A DNA stretch of 64,000 nucleotides. Origin: a virus. The stretch covers positions 32,001 to 96,000 of the IMG/VR virus record IMGVR_UViG_3300032257_000479. One strand, 5' to 3'. The notes below the pieces were generated by a model that was not told the DNA's origin, made no database searches, and saw only the letters and a program-made list of their open reading frames with translations. Below, piece after piece: positions 30,259 through 39,809 of this stretch (the first letter of the stretch is position 1; each line of letters opens with the position of its first letter). The translations under genes were made by a program, and so were the position numbers.

Positions 30259-30285
30259 TATTCGCAAGGACTCTACAAAGTCCTT
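30259..30285 (-). promoter_or_regulatory. Bipartite promoter-like motif AAGG-N17-CGAATA overlapped by the inverted repeat AAGGACT-N6-AGTCCTT
   Basis: Read directly from the sequence upstream of 29840..30211 and the tail tube gene. Confidence 0.5.
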
Positions 30286-30371
30286 CTTTTTAACTTTACT
30301 GCTAATACAGTCAAGCTATTATTCAATTAATGAAATAATTAGCAAACTCCTTCTATGAAAAGATTAGAAAT

Positions 30372-31547
30372 TTAAAAACTATCTACAGCTATTTGAGTTT
30401 TTGATAATTTGGTCCTTTTTACAAGGTCGCTAATAGAATTAGTGAAACTATTCTTTGAGTATAATCGAGCTATTTTCGCCGATTCTTCAGATAGGGCCTT
30501 GAGTTTATCTGGTTCTTTTATTGCCCATTTATTCAATTCGGAAATACGAGAAGAAAGACCTTCCATAGAAATGACTGAAAATTCTTCTTCGTTCGCTCCA
30601 ATATAGTTTTCATGGCCTATCAACAAAAAGCTTGGATCATTAAAATGACTAAGTATTTCGCCTGAACGACCTGACATTATGCCCACAGGAATGCATCCGC
30701 ACGCCATTGCTTCAAGCATAGAGAGGCAGGAAGCCCCTTTTACGGATGTTTCCACAAAGAAGCTGTGAGACATGTATTCATCTCTCATATCCTCATCTGG
30801 TATAGACTCTTTTACTGAAATATATTTATCAGGTAATGATACATTTGAGGCATTATATCTATCCATAAGAAGATCGATATCGTAATCTCCTGGATCATAT
30901 AGGTTTGTGTGCAAATAGCCTTTTGCTTCAGGAACATCTGACATTGATTTTATGAATGCCCCAATATTTGAGGCTTGAGCATTTTTAGCGGAACACATGA
31001 AAGAAATATTTCTTTTTATTTCATTTTTTTCAAAAAATATATCATCTGGTCCCAAATTTATTTTTGTTATTTCCGCATTCAACAGTGCAGCAAGGGCTTT
31101 ATGTCCAAAATCATTTACTGAAACAATCGCATCTGCATACTCTAGTTGTTGCTTATGGTTTTCGTTTATAGGCAAACAATCTATAGCCAAAACTGATATC
31201 CATTTAAAGAAATTGGGAATCATAGCTTTTACTTCCCATATAAAATCTGTTTCCTTGTAATCACCAATACTTATAACAATATCAGGTTGAACTTTTTTCA
31301 TTAATTCATATATGGTTGCAGAAGCCTGAGAATCTGTTTCCATTGGATATATTACTGCTAATTTTTCATTGTTCTTTTCGTACCAATGGGCTCCGCCTTC
31401 TTCTGGTAAAAAGAATCCTTCATCATGGTGCCATGATGCAGTTGATACTTCATGGTTTTCTGATACTAATTTTTCAATAATTGCCGCATTCATTCTTCCG
31501 TTTCGGACTAATAAATATGGCGATGCGCTAACTGTAAGAATCTTCAT
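30372..31547 (-). CDS. Glycosyltransferase, GT-B fold (divergent GT4-like)
   Basis: MKILTVS start, KVQPDIVISIGD, and C-terminal GASCLSMLEAMACGCIPV (first Glu of the ExxxxxxxE motif is missing). Confidence 0.8.
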   Translation of the reverse strand: MKILTVSASPYLLVRNGRMNAAIIEKLVSENHEVSTASWHHDEGFFLPEEGGAHWYEKNNEKLAVIYPMETDSQASATIYELMKKVQPDIVISIGDYKETDFIWEVKAMIPNFFKWISVLAIDCLPINENHKQQLEYADAIVSVNDFGHKALAALLNAEITKINLGPDDIFFEKNEIKRNISFMCSAKNAQASNIGAFIKSMSDVPEAKGYLHTNLYDPGDYDIDLLMDRYNASNVSLPDKYISVKESIPDEDMRDEYMSHSFFVETSVKGASCLSMLEAMACGCIPVGIMSGRSGEILSHFNDPSFLLIGHENYIGANEEEFSVISMEGLSSRISELNKWAIKEPDKLKALSEESAKIARLYSKNSFTNSISDLVKRTKLSKTQIAVDSF

Positions 31548-31564
31548 AAAAATCTCCTACAATA

Positions 31565-31572
31565 TTATCGAC
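31565..31572 (-). promoter_or_regulatory. Late-promoter-like motif GTCGATAA
   Basis: Upstream of the AGGAG RBS of the GT gene. Confidence 0.5.
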
Positions 31573-31576
31573 TAGC

Positions 31577-32074
31577 TTAAATAGACCCAACAGCAATGGC
31601 CCAATCGTTTCCTATTTGAACAGCAGTCAAAGGGACTCCTCCCATATATAAATATGATGTCTTAGATATTGTTCCTGTTATTTTTTTGCAAATTATTTCG
31701 CTACTTGAAGAAAGAGAAACCTGAACACCTCGCCATATAGTGTGATCGCTAGATTGAACAACAGCTTCTGCTGTTATTTTTGCTCGCATAACATTATCGT
31801 TCCCTGCTTCCAAATAAGAAAAACGTAAACCAAAATCAACATAAGTATTATCTGATTCTGTCGGAACGCCAAACCCTCCATCTGATATGTCGTATACAGA
31901 GAAAGCCTTGTTTCCTGATTCGTCTTCATACATAGATATGGGTATTCCAGTGAGAACAAAGTTGCTATCAGATCTTATTGTATAATTAGAGGCTAAAGAA
32001 ATTGATAAAAAGTCGCCTTTATCGATATTCTCTAAAAGAACTTTTTCATTTCCTATTCTTTTTAATGAATTCAT
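31577..32074 (-). CDS. Hypothetical protein
   Basis: 165-aa ORF in the neck gene cluster. Confidence 0.6.
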   Translation of the reverse strand: MNSLKRIGNEKVLLENIDKGDFLSISLASNYTIRSDSNFVLTGIPISMYEDESGNKAFSVYDISDGGFGVPTESDNTYVDFGLRFSYLEAGNDNVMRAKITAEAVVQSSDHTIWRGVQVSLSSSSEIICKKITGTISKTSYLYMGGVPLTAVQIGNDWAIAVGSI

Positions 32075-32085
32075 ATTTTAACCTT

Positions 32086-32997
32086 TTATGTAAGCTGAGG
32101 ATCGAGCCATCCGCCTGTTTCTTGTATTTCTTGTTCCCAAGCAAACCATTCAATTGTTGCTGCATGCAAAAAAGAACCCTTATGAATATGCCCATAATTA
32201 ATATTCGCTGGCCATGAATTGAAAATAAATCTATTAAGACCAATAATCTTTGAACTATCACCTGTTGAATACGAATTCATAAACGGTAGATGCAACTCTA
32301 TTGTTGTTGCATCTACAATACATTTAACTGAACTTTCTTCTGATCTATGAACATTTTCTATTAAAACGCTTTGATTTGGTTCGTAAATGCTACTATCGGC
32401 TACTTTTATAAACGTGTCACCCTGTATGTAGTCTGCCGTTAAATCTGATATATCAGTTTGCCCTATAAGAGGAAAAATGTTGTTCTTCAATCCCCTCTCA
32501 ATAGCTCCAGCTATTTTCAATAGAGATCTATATGATTTCTCATTTGATCCCTGCTTAACATAAACTGTAATCTGAAGCTTGTAATCCTCTTTTGTGCTTC
32601 CAAGAGTAAACCATTCCGATGATTTGCTTTCACCCATAACAGTTGCTGCAGGATATTTTGCTATAACATCAGGCTCTCCTATATAAATGCCCTCGAAGAA
32701 TCCACTATCAAAAGTTTTTCTAATAACAGTATCATCTGAGGTTGTCCAAACTTTTTCCCCTCTTACTCCAGCCTCAAGTTCTAATCTATTATTGTCAAGT
32801 ATATCTTTGACAAAAAGTCTAGGCTGATGAACGCCTGTGTCATACTGAACTAAAGCTAATTGATCTCCTACCTGCCATCTTTTAGTTGACTCAACTGTTA
32901 TTATTGTATCGTTTGGGTTAGCGTTTGTTAAAAGCGGCGACTGAGTATTAACCCAACGATAAACAATACGGCGAACTGATTCTAAAACATCAATCAT
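32086..32997 (-). CDS. Putative tail terminator/neck protein with two inserted beta modules
   Basis: Terminator-like core (GIYIGEPDVIAKYPAATV...YKLQITVYVK...AATIEWFA). Position between the adaptor and the tail tube. Confidence 0.55.
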   Translation of the reverse strand: MIDVLESVRRIVYRWVNTQSPLLTNANPNDTIITVESTKRWQVGDQLALVQYDTGVHQPRLFVKDILDNNRLELEAGVRGEKVWTTSDDTVIRKTFDSGFFEGIYIGEPDVIAKYPAATVMGESKSSEWFTLGSTKEDYKLQITVYVKQGSNEKSYRSLLKIAGAIERGLKNNIFPLIGQTDISDLTADYIQGDTFIKVADSSIYEPNQSVLIENVHRSEESSVKCIVDATTIELHLPFMNSYSTGDSSKIIGLNRFIFNSWPANINYGHIHKGSFLHAATIEWFAWEQEIQETGGWLDPQLT

Positions 32998-33236
32998 TAT
33001 ATATTATCCAGTAAGTCATCAATAATTCCGTCCAAAAAATAATCTTCTTCATCTTTAGAAACTTGAACTTTCTTTCCTTTTTTATAATCCCTTATTTGAG
33101 AATCCCTAAAGGCTTCTTTTTTTGTTTGAAAAACTTCATTAAACATTGGACTCATAACTTCTTTTGGGTCAACAGTTTGACCATCTAAAGATGAAAGTCT
33201 TTGAATCTTTCCAAATATTTCTTCAAAGTCTTCCAT
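32997..33236 (-). CDS. Small acidic hypothetical protein
   Basis: 79 aa, TAATG-coupled on both sides. Confidence 0.65.
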   Translation of the reverse strand: MEDFEEIFGKIQRLSSLDGQTVDPKEVMSPMFNEVFQTKKEAFRDSQIRDYKKGKKVQVSKDEEDYFLDGIIDDLLDNI

Positions 33237-33970
33237 TAATCAAGTTCATCCAAATTTCTACTAGAGTCATTTTCAACTGATGGCAATCTATACCTATCCC
33301 TAATATTTGAATTGATGAATCTATGACCTATTCTTTTTTGACCATGAAGAACAGTTCTTCCGTGAAGAACATTATTTAAATCCCGTCTAGCCATTTTTCT
33401 TAAATGCTTTCCATAATCGCTGACGTTTGGAGAGACTTCTGCTGTAAAATATTTATCAAAGATATTCGCCGCTGCCAGCCTGCATGAAATCAAAGATATG
33501 GCTGCTGGATATTTAACTCTTAAAACTCTTGTGTCTTCTACTGTATAAAGGCCAAGTAAAAAATCAGACAGCTCTATTGTATTATTATTTATTACAGCAT
33601 CAACAATATGTCGTTCTTGTTGAGTTGTATCAACAAACACAAGAACATCACCTGTATTGAGATTTCTACCTTTATCCAAATCAATATCTGATGAATACTC
33701 ATCAATATCTCGAAGCAAAGTTAATTGAAGATCTGTCTTTTCGCAAAAAGGAACAGAATACATTTGGCTAAGAGCTGCATCTATCTCTTCATCTGCCCAA
33801 AGTATATACTGGTCAACAAGAGATGTTGATATAGCGTTTGGCCTTATTGAATCACTAATTTCATAAAGAGGAACCACAGAATCATCAGTAGGATCTTCGA
33901 CGTTGTTCGTTGCTGTCGTAAGAGCCTGATTCATTATATTTAAAACTTCTTGGCGACTACAATATCCCAT
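33236..33970 (-). CDS. Head-tail connector (Mu gp36-like) with an inserted module
   Basis: MGYCS start; ILWADEEIDAALSQMYSVPF; ISLISCRLAAANIF. Confidence 0.65.
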   Translation of the reverse strand: MGYCSRQEVLNIMNQALTTATNNVEDPTDDSVVPLYEISDSIRPNAISTSLVDQYILWADEEIDAALSQMYSVPFCEKTDLQLTLLRDIDEYSSDIDLDKGRNLNTGDVLVFVDTTQQERHIVDAVINNNTIELSDFLLGLYTVEDTRVLRVKYPAAISLISCRLAAANIFDKYFTAEVSPNVSDYGKHLRKMARRDLNNVLHGRTVLHGQKRIGHRFINSNIRDRYRLPSVENDSSRNLDELD

Positions 33971-34008
33971 TTATCTGTTCCTCAAATTTGCATTATGTCT
34001 ATATTATG

Positions 34009-34036
34009 AATTCGACTTCTATTAGCCTTCTTCCTT
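34009..34036 (-). promoter_or_regulatory. Promoter-like motif AAGG-N18-CGAATT
   Basis: Upstream of the connector gene; same motif family. Confidence 0.4.
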
Positions 34037-35077
34037 CTTTGCTTTCGCTGCCTTATTCATAGCAACATTCGCTGAAACATAAAGACCCTCTACAACTGCG
34101 GTCCTTGGATTCTTTGCATGTCTGACTTCTTTTACTTCAAATGGGAGCTTAAGGTTCCCTATTATTTTTTCAACTTTTTCGCAAAAGCCCTTTGGCATAG
34201 ATGTTCCGCCTGCTATAACAATATCTAGCGGAGCCTCAAATGATGTTTTTTCTGCTGAAAATTTCTTTACAAAATGAGACAAAACATATCTGATTAACTG
34301 ATCATAATATGCATCTAAGGCAAATTGAACATCATCATCAAAATCAATGTTATTGAAGTCCAAAGACTTCTCTTTTACAGAGATTACTTGAGAGATTGGA
34401 ACGCCAGTCTGCTCCGATACCTGTCTATCAACCCAGTCTCCAGACCTTGCGACAGACATACCTACAACTGGAAGACCTCTGTAACAAAGAACGCAATTTG
34501 CTCTTCCTGCTCCAAAGCTCATACCGATGCCGCTATAAGCTATTTCTTTTCCGTCCTCAATAATCGTAGGACGCTCAGAGAGAACGACAGCATGTCCTTC
34601 CTCTATGATCTTTACTTGCCATCCCAAACGCCTATAGAGGGCCTCTAGCCTCTGCTTGTGGAACACGCTATCCTGAGATCCATCTACAGATTCTGATGAT
34701 ACGCATGAACAAACCCACGAATTATCATCTGTAGCTCGACCAACTGTTGATTCTATGATTTCAGAAAGAACAACAAGCTTCTTATCTTCGTTCTTGTTGA
34801 GAACACCATCCGACATTGGTCTTCGGACTTCAACTTTCCCTGGAAGAATATTTGCAACTTGCATTGCATCATCTCCAATAACATAATAGACATTATCATC
34901 TTTTATGTATTGCCATTCATTCCTCAAAAGAATGTCGTCCACTCCCTCAGAATCAGCTAATTCAACGAAAGCGTTTCTTACTGATATAAAAGAAAGTCCC
35001 TCTTGACCATCTTTCTTTTCCGCGGATTGAAAAAACATTGTTCCTGGGTCTAACCCTACTGCTCTACTTGTCATCAT
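34022..35077 (-). CDS. Actin-like ATPase (volactin/MreB/MamK superfamily)
   Basis: Phosphate-1 GLDPGT, RRPMSDGVL, connect-1 IIEEGHAV, phosphate-2 GMSFGAGRAN, SGDWVD, adenosine IVIAGGTSMPKGF, connect-2 AVVEG. Confidence 0.9.
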   Translation of the reverse strand: MMTSRAVGLDPGTMFFQSAEKKDGQEGLSFISVRNAFVELADSEGVDDILLRNEWQYIKDDNVYYVIGDDAMQVANILPGKVEVRRPMSDGVLNKNEDKKLVVLSEIIESTVGRATDDNSWVCSCVSSESVDGSQDSVFHKQRLEALYRRLGWQVKIIEEGHAVVLSERPTIIEDGKEIAYSGIGMSFGAGRANCVLCYRGLPVVGMSVARSGDWVDRQVSEQTGVPISQVISVKEKSLDFNNIDFDDDVQFALDAYYDQLIRYVLSHFVKKFSAEKTSFEAPLDIVIAGGTSMPKGFCEKVEKIIGNLKLPFEVKEVRHAKNPRTAVVEGLYVSANVAMNKAAKAKKEEG

Positions 35078-35090
35078 TGTTCCCTTCTAT

Positions 35091-35681
35091 TCATAGCATG
35101 TCTTCAAGTTCGCTAATATTATCGTCTGCATCAGAAGAACCTAACTCTTCATTGTGACTAATATTGGACTCTGTATCCTTAACTATTCTGTTTATTGATC
35201 TTTCATGTATATCGACAGCTTTTTCGTCTTCAATTTCATATTCCGCTGTATTATTTTGTTTTTGTGAAATATTACCTGAAGCAATATCCTGCAAAGATTC
35301 AATAGCATTTTTTAGCATGTTAGCGTTTTCTTCATTAATACCGCCCGACGAAGAGACCTGCTTTTCAACCTGGTTATCCAATCTGGCACCAAGTCTTTTT
35401 TCCATATCCCTGAGAGCTTTCATTACATCATCGGATTGATCTAAAGTTTTTACAGGTTTTGCTTTTTGTGCTATTGGTTGCGTTTCATTGTTTCCCAAAG
35501 GATTATCTTTTCTAACAAGACGCAAAGCTCCACGCTTTAAAGCTATTCTAAGATCTCTGGATTGTTCAACAACATACCTCGCTGCAAAATGATCTAAGTC
35601 AGCTTGCTTTGATGGTTTTATCGTAGCTCTCAGGTCCCCAAGAGCTATCTCATGACGAGTCATGTTTTGAACTATATACAA
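35091..35681 (-). CDS. Putative adaptor protein: small N-terminal domain shared with GT 54315..55715, a helical segment and an acidic tail
   Basis: TTG start directly after the upstream TAA. N-terminus VQNMTRHEIALGDL...SRDLRIALKRGALRLV. Confidence 0.65.
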   Translation of the reverse strand: MYIVQNMTRHEIALGDLRATIKPSKQADLDHFAARYVVEQSRDLRIALKRGALRLVRKDNPLGNNETQPIAQKAKPVKTLDQSDDVMKALRDMEKRLGARLDNQVEKQVSSSGGINEENANMLKNAIESLQDIASGNISQKQNNTAEYEIEDEKAVDIHERSINRIVKDTESNISHNEELGSSDADDNISELEDML

Positions 35682-35885
35682 TTATCTTCTCCGATTTCTT
35701 GGTCTATTAAGAGTTGTAGACTTCGGTAGTCTTTGCTGTATTTCGCCATCTTTAGATATATCTATCTTATTCTCTTTTTTGCACTCTGGACATATCCAAT
35801 ACATTTTATTGTCCGCGAAATTAATCTCAACGACAGGTTCATGTTCGTGGTGCCTGCAAAACTTGCATACGCATACTATTTTCAA
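35682..35885 (-). CDS. Small zinc-ribbon protein with a basic tail
   Basis: CKFC...CPEC; C-terminal RPRNRRR. Confidence 0.7.
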   Translation of the reverse strand: MKIVCVCKFCRHHEHEPVVEINFADNKMYWICPECKKENKIDISKDGEIQQRLPKSTTLNRPRNRRR

Positions 35886-38308
35886 AGCGTCCCCAATCCA
35901 TTGATCATGTCATTCCTTATGGATGTTTTTATTTCATCTAACTTATTGGTTGATGAGAATTTTGACATCGCAGACGATAGTTTTGTTAGATCAAACATTC
36001 TGCCAATAGCTGTTCTTATTATGCTCAACTGTCTGTTGAAGCTTGCTCTATGAATATCATCTAAATCAAGAAGCTGCTTGTAGTAATCCTGAGCAACACC
36101 TGAAACGTTGCTTCTTCTTTTAATCTCTTGCTCAATAATACTGTTCGCTATCTGTCTTAGCTGACTATCTTCCATTTGCGTTATTTGTTGCGATGAAAAT
36201 CCTTGAGGAAGTGGTAATCCCATTTCATTTATAAAGTCAGAAGATAAATCCATCACCTTGCTACTATCTAAAGATTGTATTGAATCTACTGGCACTCCAA
36301 TATCAATTTTTTTTGATTTATCTTTTAACAATTTTCTTCTTGCCTTATCTCCAGATGGGCCAGGATCCGTAATTGTTTCATATTCTTTCATTTTCCCAAA
36401 AACCAACTCTTGCCTTGTTCTTTTTCCAGTTTCGCTATTTTCTGAAAGCAACGCACCAACTTCTTTGACATTCTTGTGTGTTGTAATCAAATCTAAATAT
36501 GAAAATAAAACATTTTTAGGATATTTTTTAACAACTTCATCTGAAACAAGATACTCGCCTATCTGTGTTAACATTTGATTCATTTGATCATGAAGAGTTT
36601 TACTTTTCTTCAATTTTGCAACCATCTCCTGTTTGTATTCAGGATCATTGGCCATTCTCTCTCTATCTATTTTATTTGATCCAAGCTGGCTCACTTGCTG
36701 TAAGTCATGCAAATAAGAGTCAGGTTGAGCATTCGGATCGCTTGAAATCATGTTATCAATCCATATATTCAACTTTTCATCCAAAGGAAGCATTTTGGAA
36801 AAATCGATAGAATCCCAAGTATTACCCTCGGAAGGTTTCATTATAACTCTTCCATTCTCTACCTTAAATGTTGCCTTCCCTTTTCTTTCTAAGTCTTTTA
36901 ATTTCTTAGGATCTGAAAATGCATCAGAGCCAACAAGCGAATCTATTATTTTTGCGGCTTGGTCAGGCCAAAACTCTGAAGCTATTGTTTTTGAAAACCA
37001 CTTTCCGCCTGGGGCAAAATTGGGATTCTTTTCAGAAAGCTCATTAACTATATGTTCTCTAACATCTTTCCCTAGAAATTTCAATGTTTGACCCATGGAC
37101 TGAAGATCGCCTTTGTATGCATCCATAATTGTAGATCTTTGATCTTGAGACAATTCAGGTTCATTGCCTTGCAATTGCTCCCTTCTAAGATCTACGCCAT
37201 GATCAACTTGAGTTCCCTCGCTATTTGCTGCGTATTGTTGAGATTCGTAACCTGTGCCCATCACATCTGAGCCGATCTTACTCATTACCCAGTCCCAAAC
37301 TTTTGCTTTTACTTCTTCGTTGTCGTCACCAAGAATGCCATAAAGAGTTCCTGTAACGGAATCAATATCTTGGGCAAGATTCATGTATGTTTCTTTGTTG
37401 TTCCCAAAAGACCCTGAAGTCATCAAAGAGGAAACCGATTCGGGCAGCATGCCAATAGAAGAAAGCCATGAAGCATTTTCTATAAAAAACTTTATTCTAA
37501 AATCTTCTTTATTTCCGCCTGAAGAACTGTAACCGCCCTCAACGCCCCTGAATACTCTGCTTTTCAGTATACTATCAATATCGCTGTCAGGAAATTTCAT
37601 CTGAATCTCTTTCCATCTTTTAATGGATGAACTCTCTTCTTCCTGAAAATCTTGATCGCCCATATCTGGCTCTAATAAATAATTCTCCATAAATGCTTGA
37701 GTTAAATCCTCAGCAGATATACCTCCAACATTTTGCTCATCTTCTTGCCAATGCTCTTCACCAAAACTCTCTTGTTCTCCAACGATTTGATCATACAGTG
37801 CCTGATTTCTTTGATTCTCTGTTATTTCCAACGGCAAACCTTGTTCACCTTGATTTAAAACAATTTGCTCTATATCTCGCCTTGATAAGTCAGGAAAATG
37901 ATTTGACAATTCCTGAGGTGAAGCAGCATTCCCTGGAATTGAATTTCTTGCATTCTCTATAGATTCATAAAACATATCTTCATTTAATTCACTCATCCAG
38001 TAATCTAAGCCATCATTTGATAACATTAACTCCAAATCCGTGAAACTTTGGGATTCAGGAAGTCTTCTTAATAGCCAATTTTCCATATCTGCTCGAAGAT
38101 TTGCTCGTTCAGCATTTTCTTTTGCTCTTTGCCCTTGACTTCCATTGTATACTGGAGTCTGTATTGGAACTGGAGCCTGTGTTGGAACTGGGGAAGCAGG
38201 AAAGGTTACTGGAGCAGGATCTGCCAATGGTTTAACAACTGTTGGCTGAAGCTGCTGAGAAGTCCTACTTATTCCAATTCTTTTTAGTATTCTAATATAA
38301 AATGACAT
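35882..38308 (-). CDS. Large hypothetical protein, possibly an internal head protein
   Basis: 808 aa, with a Pro/Thr-rich segment after a short basic/aromatic leader and an acidic helical body. Confidence 0.55.
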   Translation of the reverse strand: MSFYIRILKRIGISRTSQQLQPTVVKPLADPAPVTFPASPVPTQAPVPIQTPVYNGSQGQRAKENAERANLRADMENWLLRRLPESQSFTDLELMLSNDGLDYWMSELNEDMFYESIENARNSIPGNAASPQELSNHFPDLSRRDIEQIVLNQGEQGLPLEITENQRNQALYDQIVGEQESFGEEHWQEDEQNVGGISAEDLTQAFMENYLLEPDMGDQDFQEEESSSIKRWKEIQMKFPDSDIDSILKSRVFRGVEGGYSSSGGNKEDFRIKFFIENASWLSSIGMLPESVSSLMTSGSFGNNKETYMNLAQDIDSVTGTLYGILGDDNEEVKAKVWDWVMSKIGSDVMGTGYESQQYAANSEGTQVDHGVDLRREQLQGNEPELSQDQRSTIMDAYKGDLQSMGQTLKFLGKDVREHIVNELSEKNPNFAPGGKWFSKTIASEFWPDQAAKIIDSLVGSDAFSDPKKLKDLERKGKATFKVENGRVIMKPSEGNTWDSIDFSKMLPLDEKLNIWIDNMISSDPNAQPDSYLHDLQQVSQLGSNKIDRERMANDPEYKQEMVAKLKKSKTLHDQMNQMLTQIGEYLVSDEVVKKYPKNVLFSYLDLITTHKNVKEVGALLSENSETGKRTRQELVFGKMKEYETITDPGPSGDKARRKLLKDKSKKIDIGVPVDSIQSLDSSKVMDLSSDFINEMGLPLPQGFSSQQITQMEDSQLRQIANSIIEQEIKRRSNVSGVAQDYYKQLLDLDDIHRASFNRQLSIIRTAIGRMFDLTKLSSAMSKFSSTNKLDEIKTSIRNDMINGLGTL

Positions 38309-38353
38309 ATTTACCTCTGCTTTATGAAAAATGACATCATGTTCAGAATATAT

Positions 38354-38427
38354 TTTTCGATAATTTCAATGAATAATCCTTGAATAATATCTATTCTATC
38401 AAGCAATGATTATAAATAGTTATCGGC
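38354..38427 (-). promoter_or_regulatory. Two promoter-like motifs: GCCGATAA (38420-38427) and AAGG-N18-CGAAAA (38354-38381)
   Basis: GCCGATAA is an exact sigma28 -10 consensus. Both lie in the intergenic gap before 35882..38308. Confidence 0.5.
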
Positions 38428-38429
38428 AA

Positions 38430-39326
38430 TTACACTGATTCTTCGTCGCAATCGCAATCTTCTTCGTCGCAATCGCAATATTCCCAATCCCCAGATTCTT
38501 CCATTATATCATCAAATTCGCCTGCCTCAAGCAATGAATCATGCGTTGATTTGGTATCTTCGACATCGTTCTGGTCATCTTCAATGTAATCGTCATCTTC
38601 CTCGTCTCGATAAGCTTCATCAATAACTGTTACAATCTCTTCTCTCACGCACCATTCGTGACCTAGATCAACCATCCCAACTGCGGGTATGTGAGACAGC
38701 CTTTTTATTGCATCCTTTAAACCGTTATATCTTTCTCTTCTTAAACCAAGATCGCTTTGCTCAACATCTCCTGTCATTATTATTTTGGAGCCAGAACCAA
38801 GACGTGTTAGCAATAGGTGTATCTGCTTCTTTGTCATGTTTTGGCATTCATCAGCAATAACGCAAGAGTTCTTAAAAGTAACACCTCTCATGTAAGCAAT
38901 TGGTAAAACTATAATAGTTTTATCTTCTATTCTTTTCCTTAAATCATCTGGACTTAAATATTGAAGAATTATTTCATTCATTGGGAACATGTAAGGAGCA
39001 AGCTTCTGTTCTGCATCGCCTGGCAAAAAACCTAAAGACTCTCCAGCCTCAACAACAGGTCTAGTGAGAATAATTTTATCAAATCTACCGTTAACAAGCT
39101 CTTGCAAAGCCCAACCTACAGCCAAGTGTGTTTTCCCCGTACCAGGAACACCCTGAATAACAGTTACTTGTTTTTGAGAAATAGTTCTTAACGCATCTTT
39201 TTGTCCTGCGTTCATTGCTGAAACTGTAACAACTCGCTTAGATGATGATTTTTCTTTTCCCATAGTATTTTTGTTAACCTTTTTCTTTTTGGTATTATGA
39301 TTTTTGGTATTATGCTTTTTTCTCAT
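38430..39326 (-). CDS. phoH: PhoH-family ATPase
   Basis: GVPGTGKT, IILTRP, LGFLPGD, YMRGVTF, DECQN, LLTRLG and GDVEQSD motifs. Confidence 0.95.
   Translation of the reverse strand: MRKKHNTKNHNTKKKKVNKNTMGKEKSSSKRVVTVSAMNAGQKDALRTISQKQVTVIQGVPGTGKTHLAVGWALQELVNGRFDKIILTRPVVEAGESLGFLPGDAEQKLAPYMFPMNEIILQYLSPDDLRKRIEDKTIIVLPIAYMRGVTFKNSCVIADECQNMTKKQIHLLLTRLGSGSKIIMTGDVEQSDLGLRRERYNGLKDAIKRLSHIPAVGMVDLGHEWCVREEIVTVIDEAYRDEEDDDYIEDDQNDVEDTKSTHDSLLEAGEFDDIMEESGDWEYCDCDEEDCDCDEESV
38439..38480. repeat. 21-bp tandem duplication in the PhoH C-terminus
   Basis: ttcttcgtcgcaatcgcaat[c/a] x2, encoding YCDCDEE-DCDCDEE. Confidence 0.9.
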
Positions 39327-39739
39327 TTATGCTTTTCCCTGGATGAAACAAGTAAATAATGTTCATCTCCTGATGGTTCAATCTTTATTCCTTCCAATAC
39401 ATTCCATTTATCTTTTAGAGAATAACTTGAAAATATGTCAGTTATATATTTCCAAAATGATTTCCTAACTTTTTTTGTTTCACCAGATAATATCCTTATT
39501 CTTAATAAAATAAGGTCTTCCCCAAAATCTTCTTTTATTACATCAACGAGTGAATCTATCTCATTTCTAATAAATAGATCTTCCCATCCTTCAGCGCTTC
39601 TGGCTTTTATTAATCTTTTGCGTTCTTGGTTGGGTATGCTATCCATTAATTTAGATCTTTGCAATGATGAGAGAGGTCGTGTTAAAAAATAAAACTCTTG
39701 AAAATTCTTAAAAACTCTTCTACTCATAAACGCCTCCAT
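39323..39739 (-). CDS. Hypothetical protein
   Basis: 138 aa. The start is probably MSRR, after a GGAGG RBS. ATGA overlap with phoH. Confidence 0.65.
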   Translation of the reverse strand: MEAFMSRRVFKNFQEFYFLTRPLSSLQRSKLMDSIPNQERKRLIKARSAEGWEDLFIRNEIDSLVDVIKEDFGEDLILLRIRILSGETKKVRKSFWKYITDIFSSYSLKDKWNVLEGIKIEPSGDEHYLLVSSREKHK

Positions 39740-39809
39740 AGATATCTAGTAATACAAAAATCAAAATAACATATCCTTGTTTATGAAATTGTTATTTAAG
39801 ATTTTTTAT

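Noticed and set aside
34022-35885. Classical ParMRC partition cassette
   Set aside because: No iterated centromere-like repeats nearby, and the ATPase motifs and late-gene context do not fit ParM. Not fully excluded.
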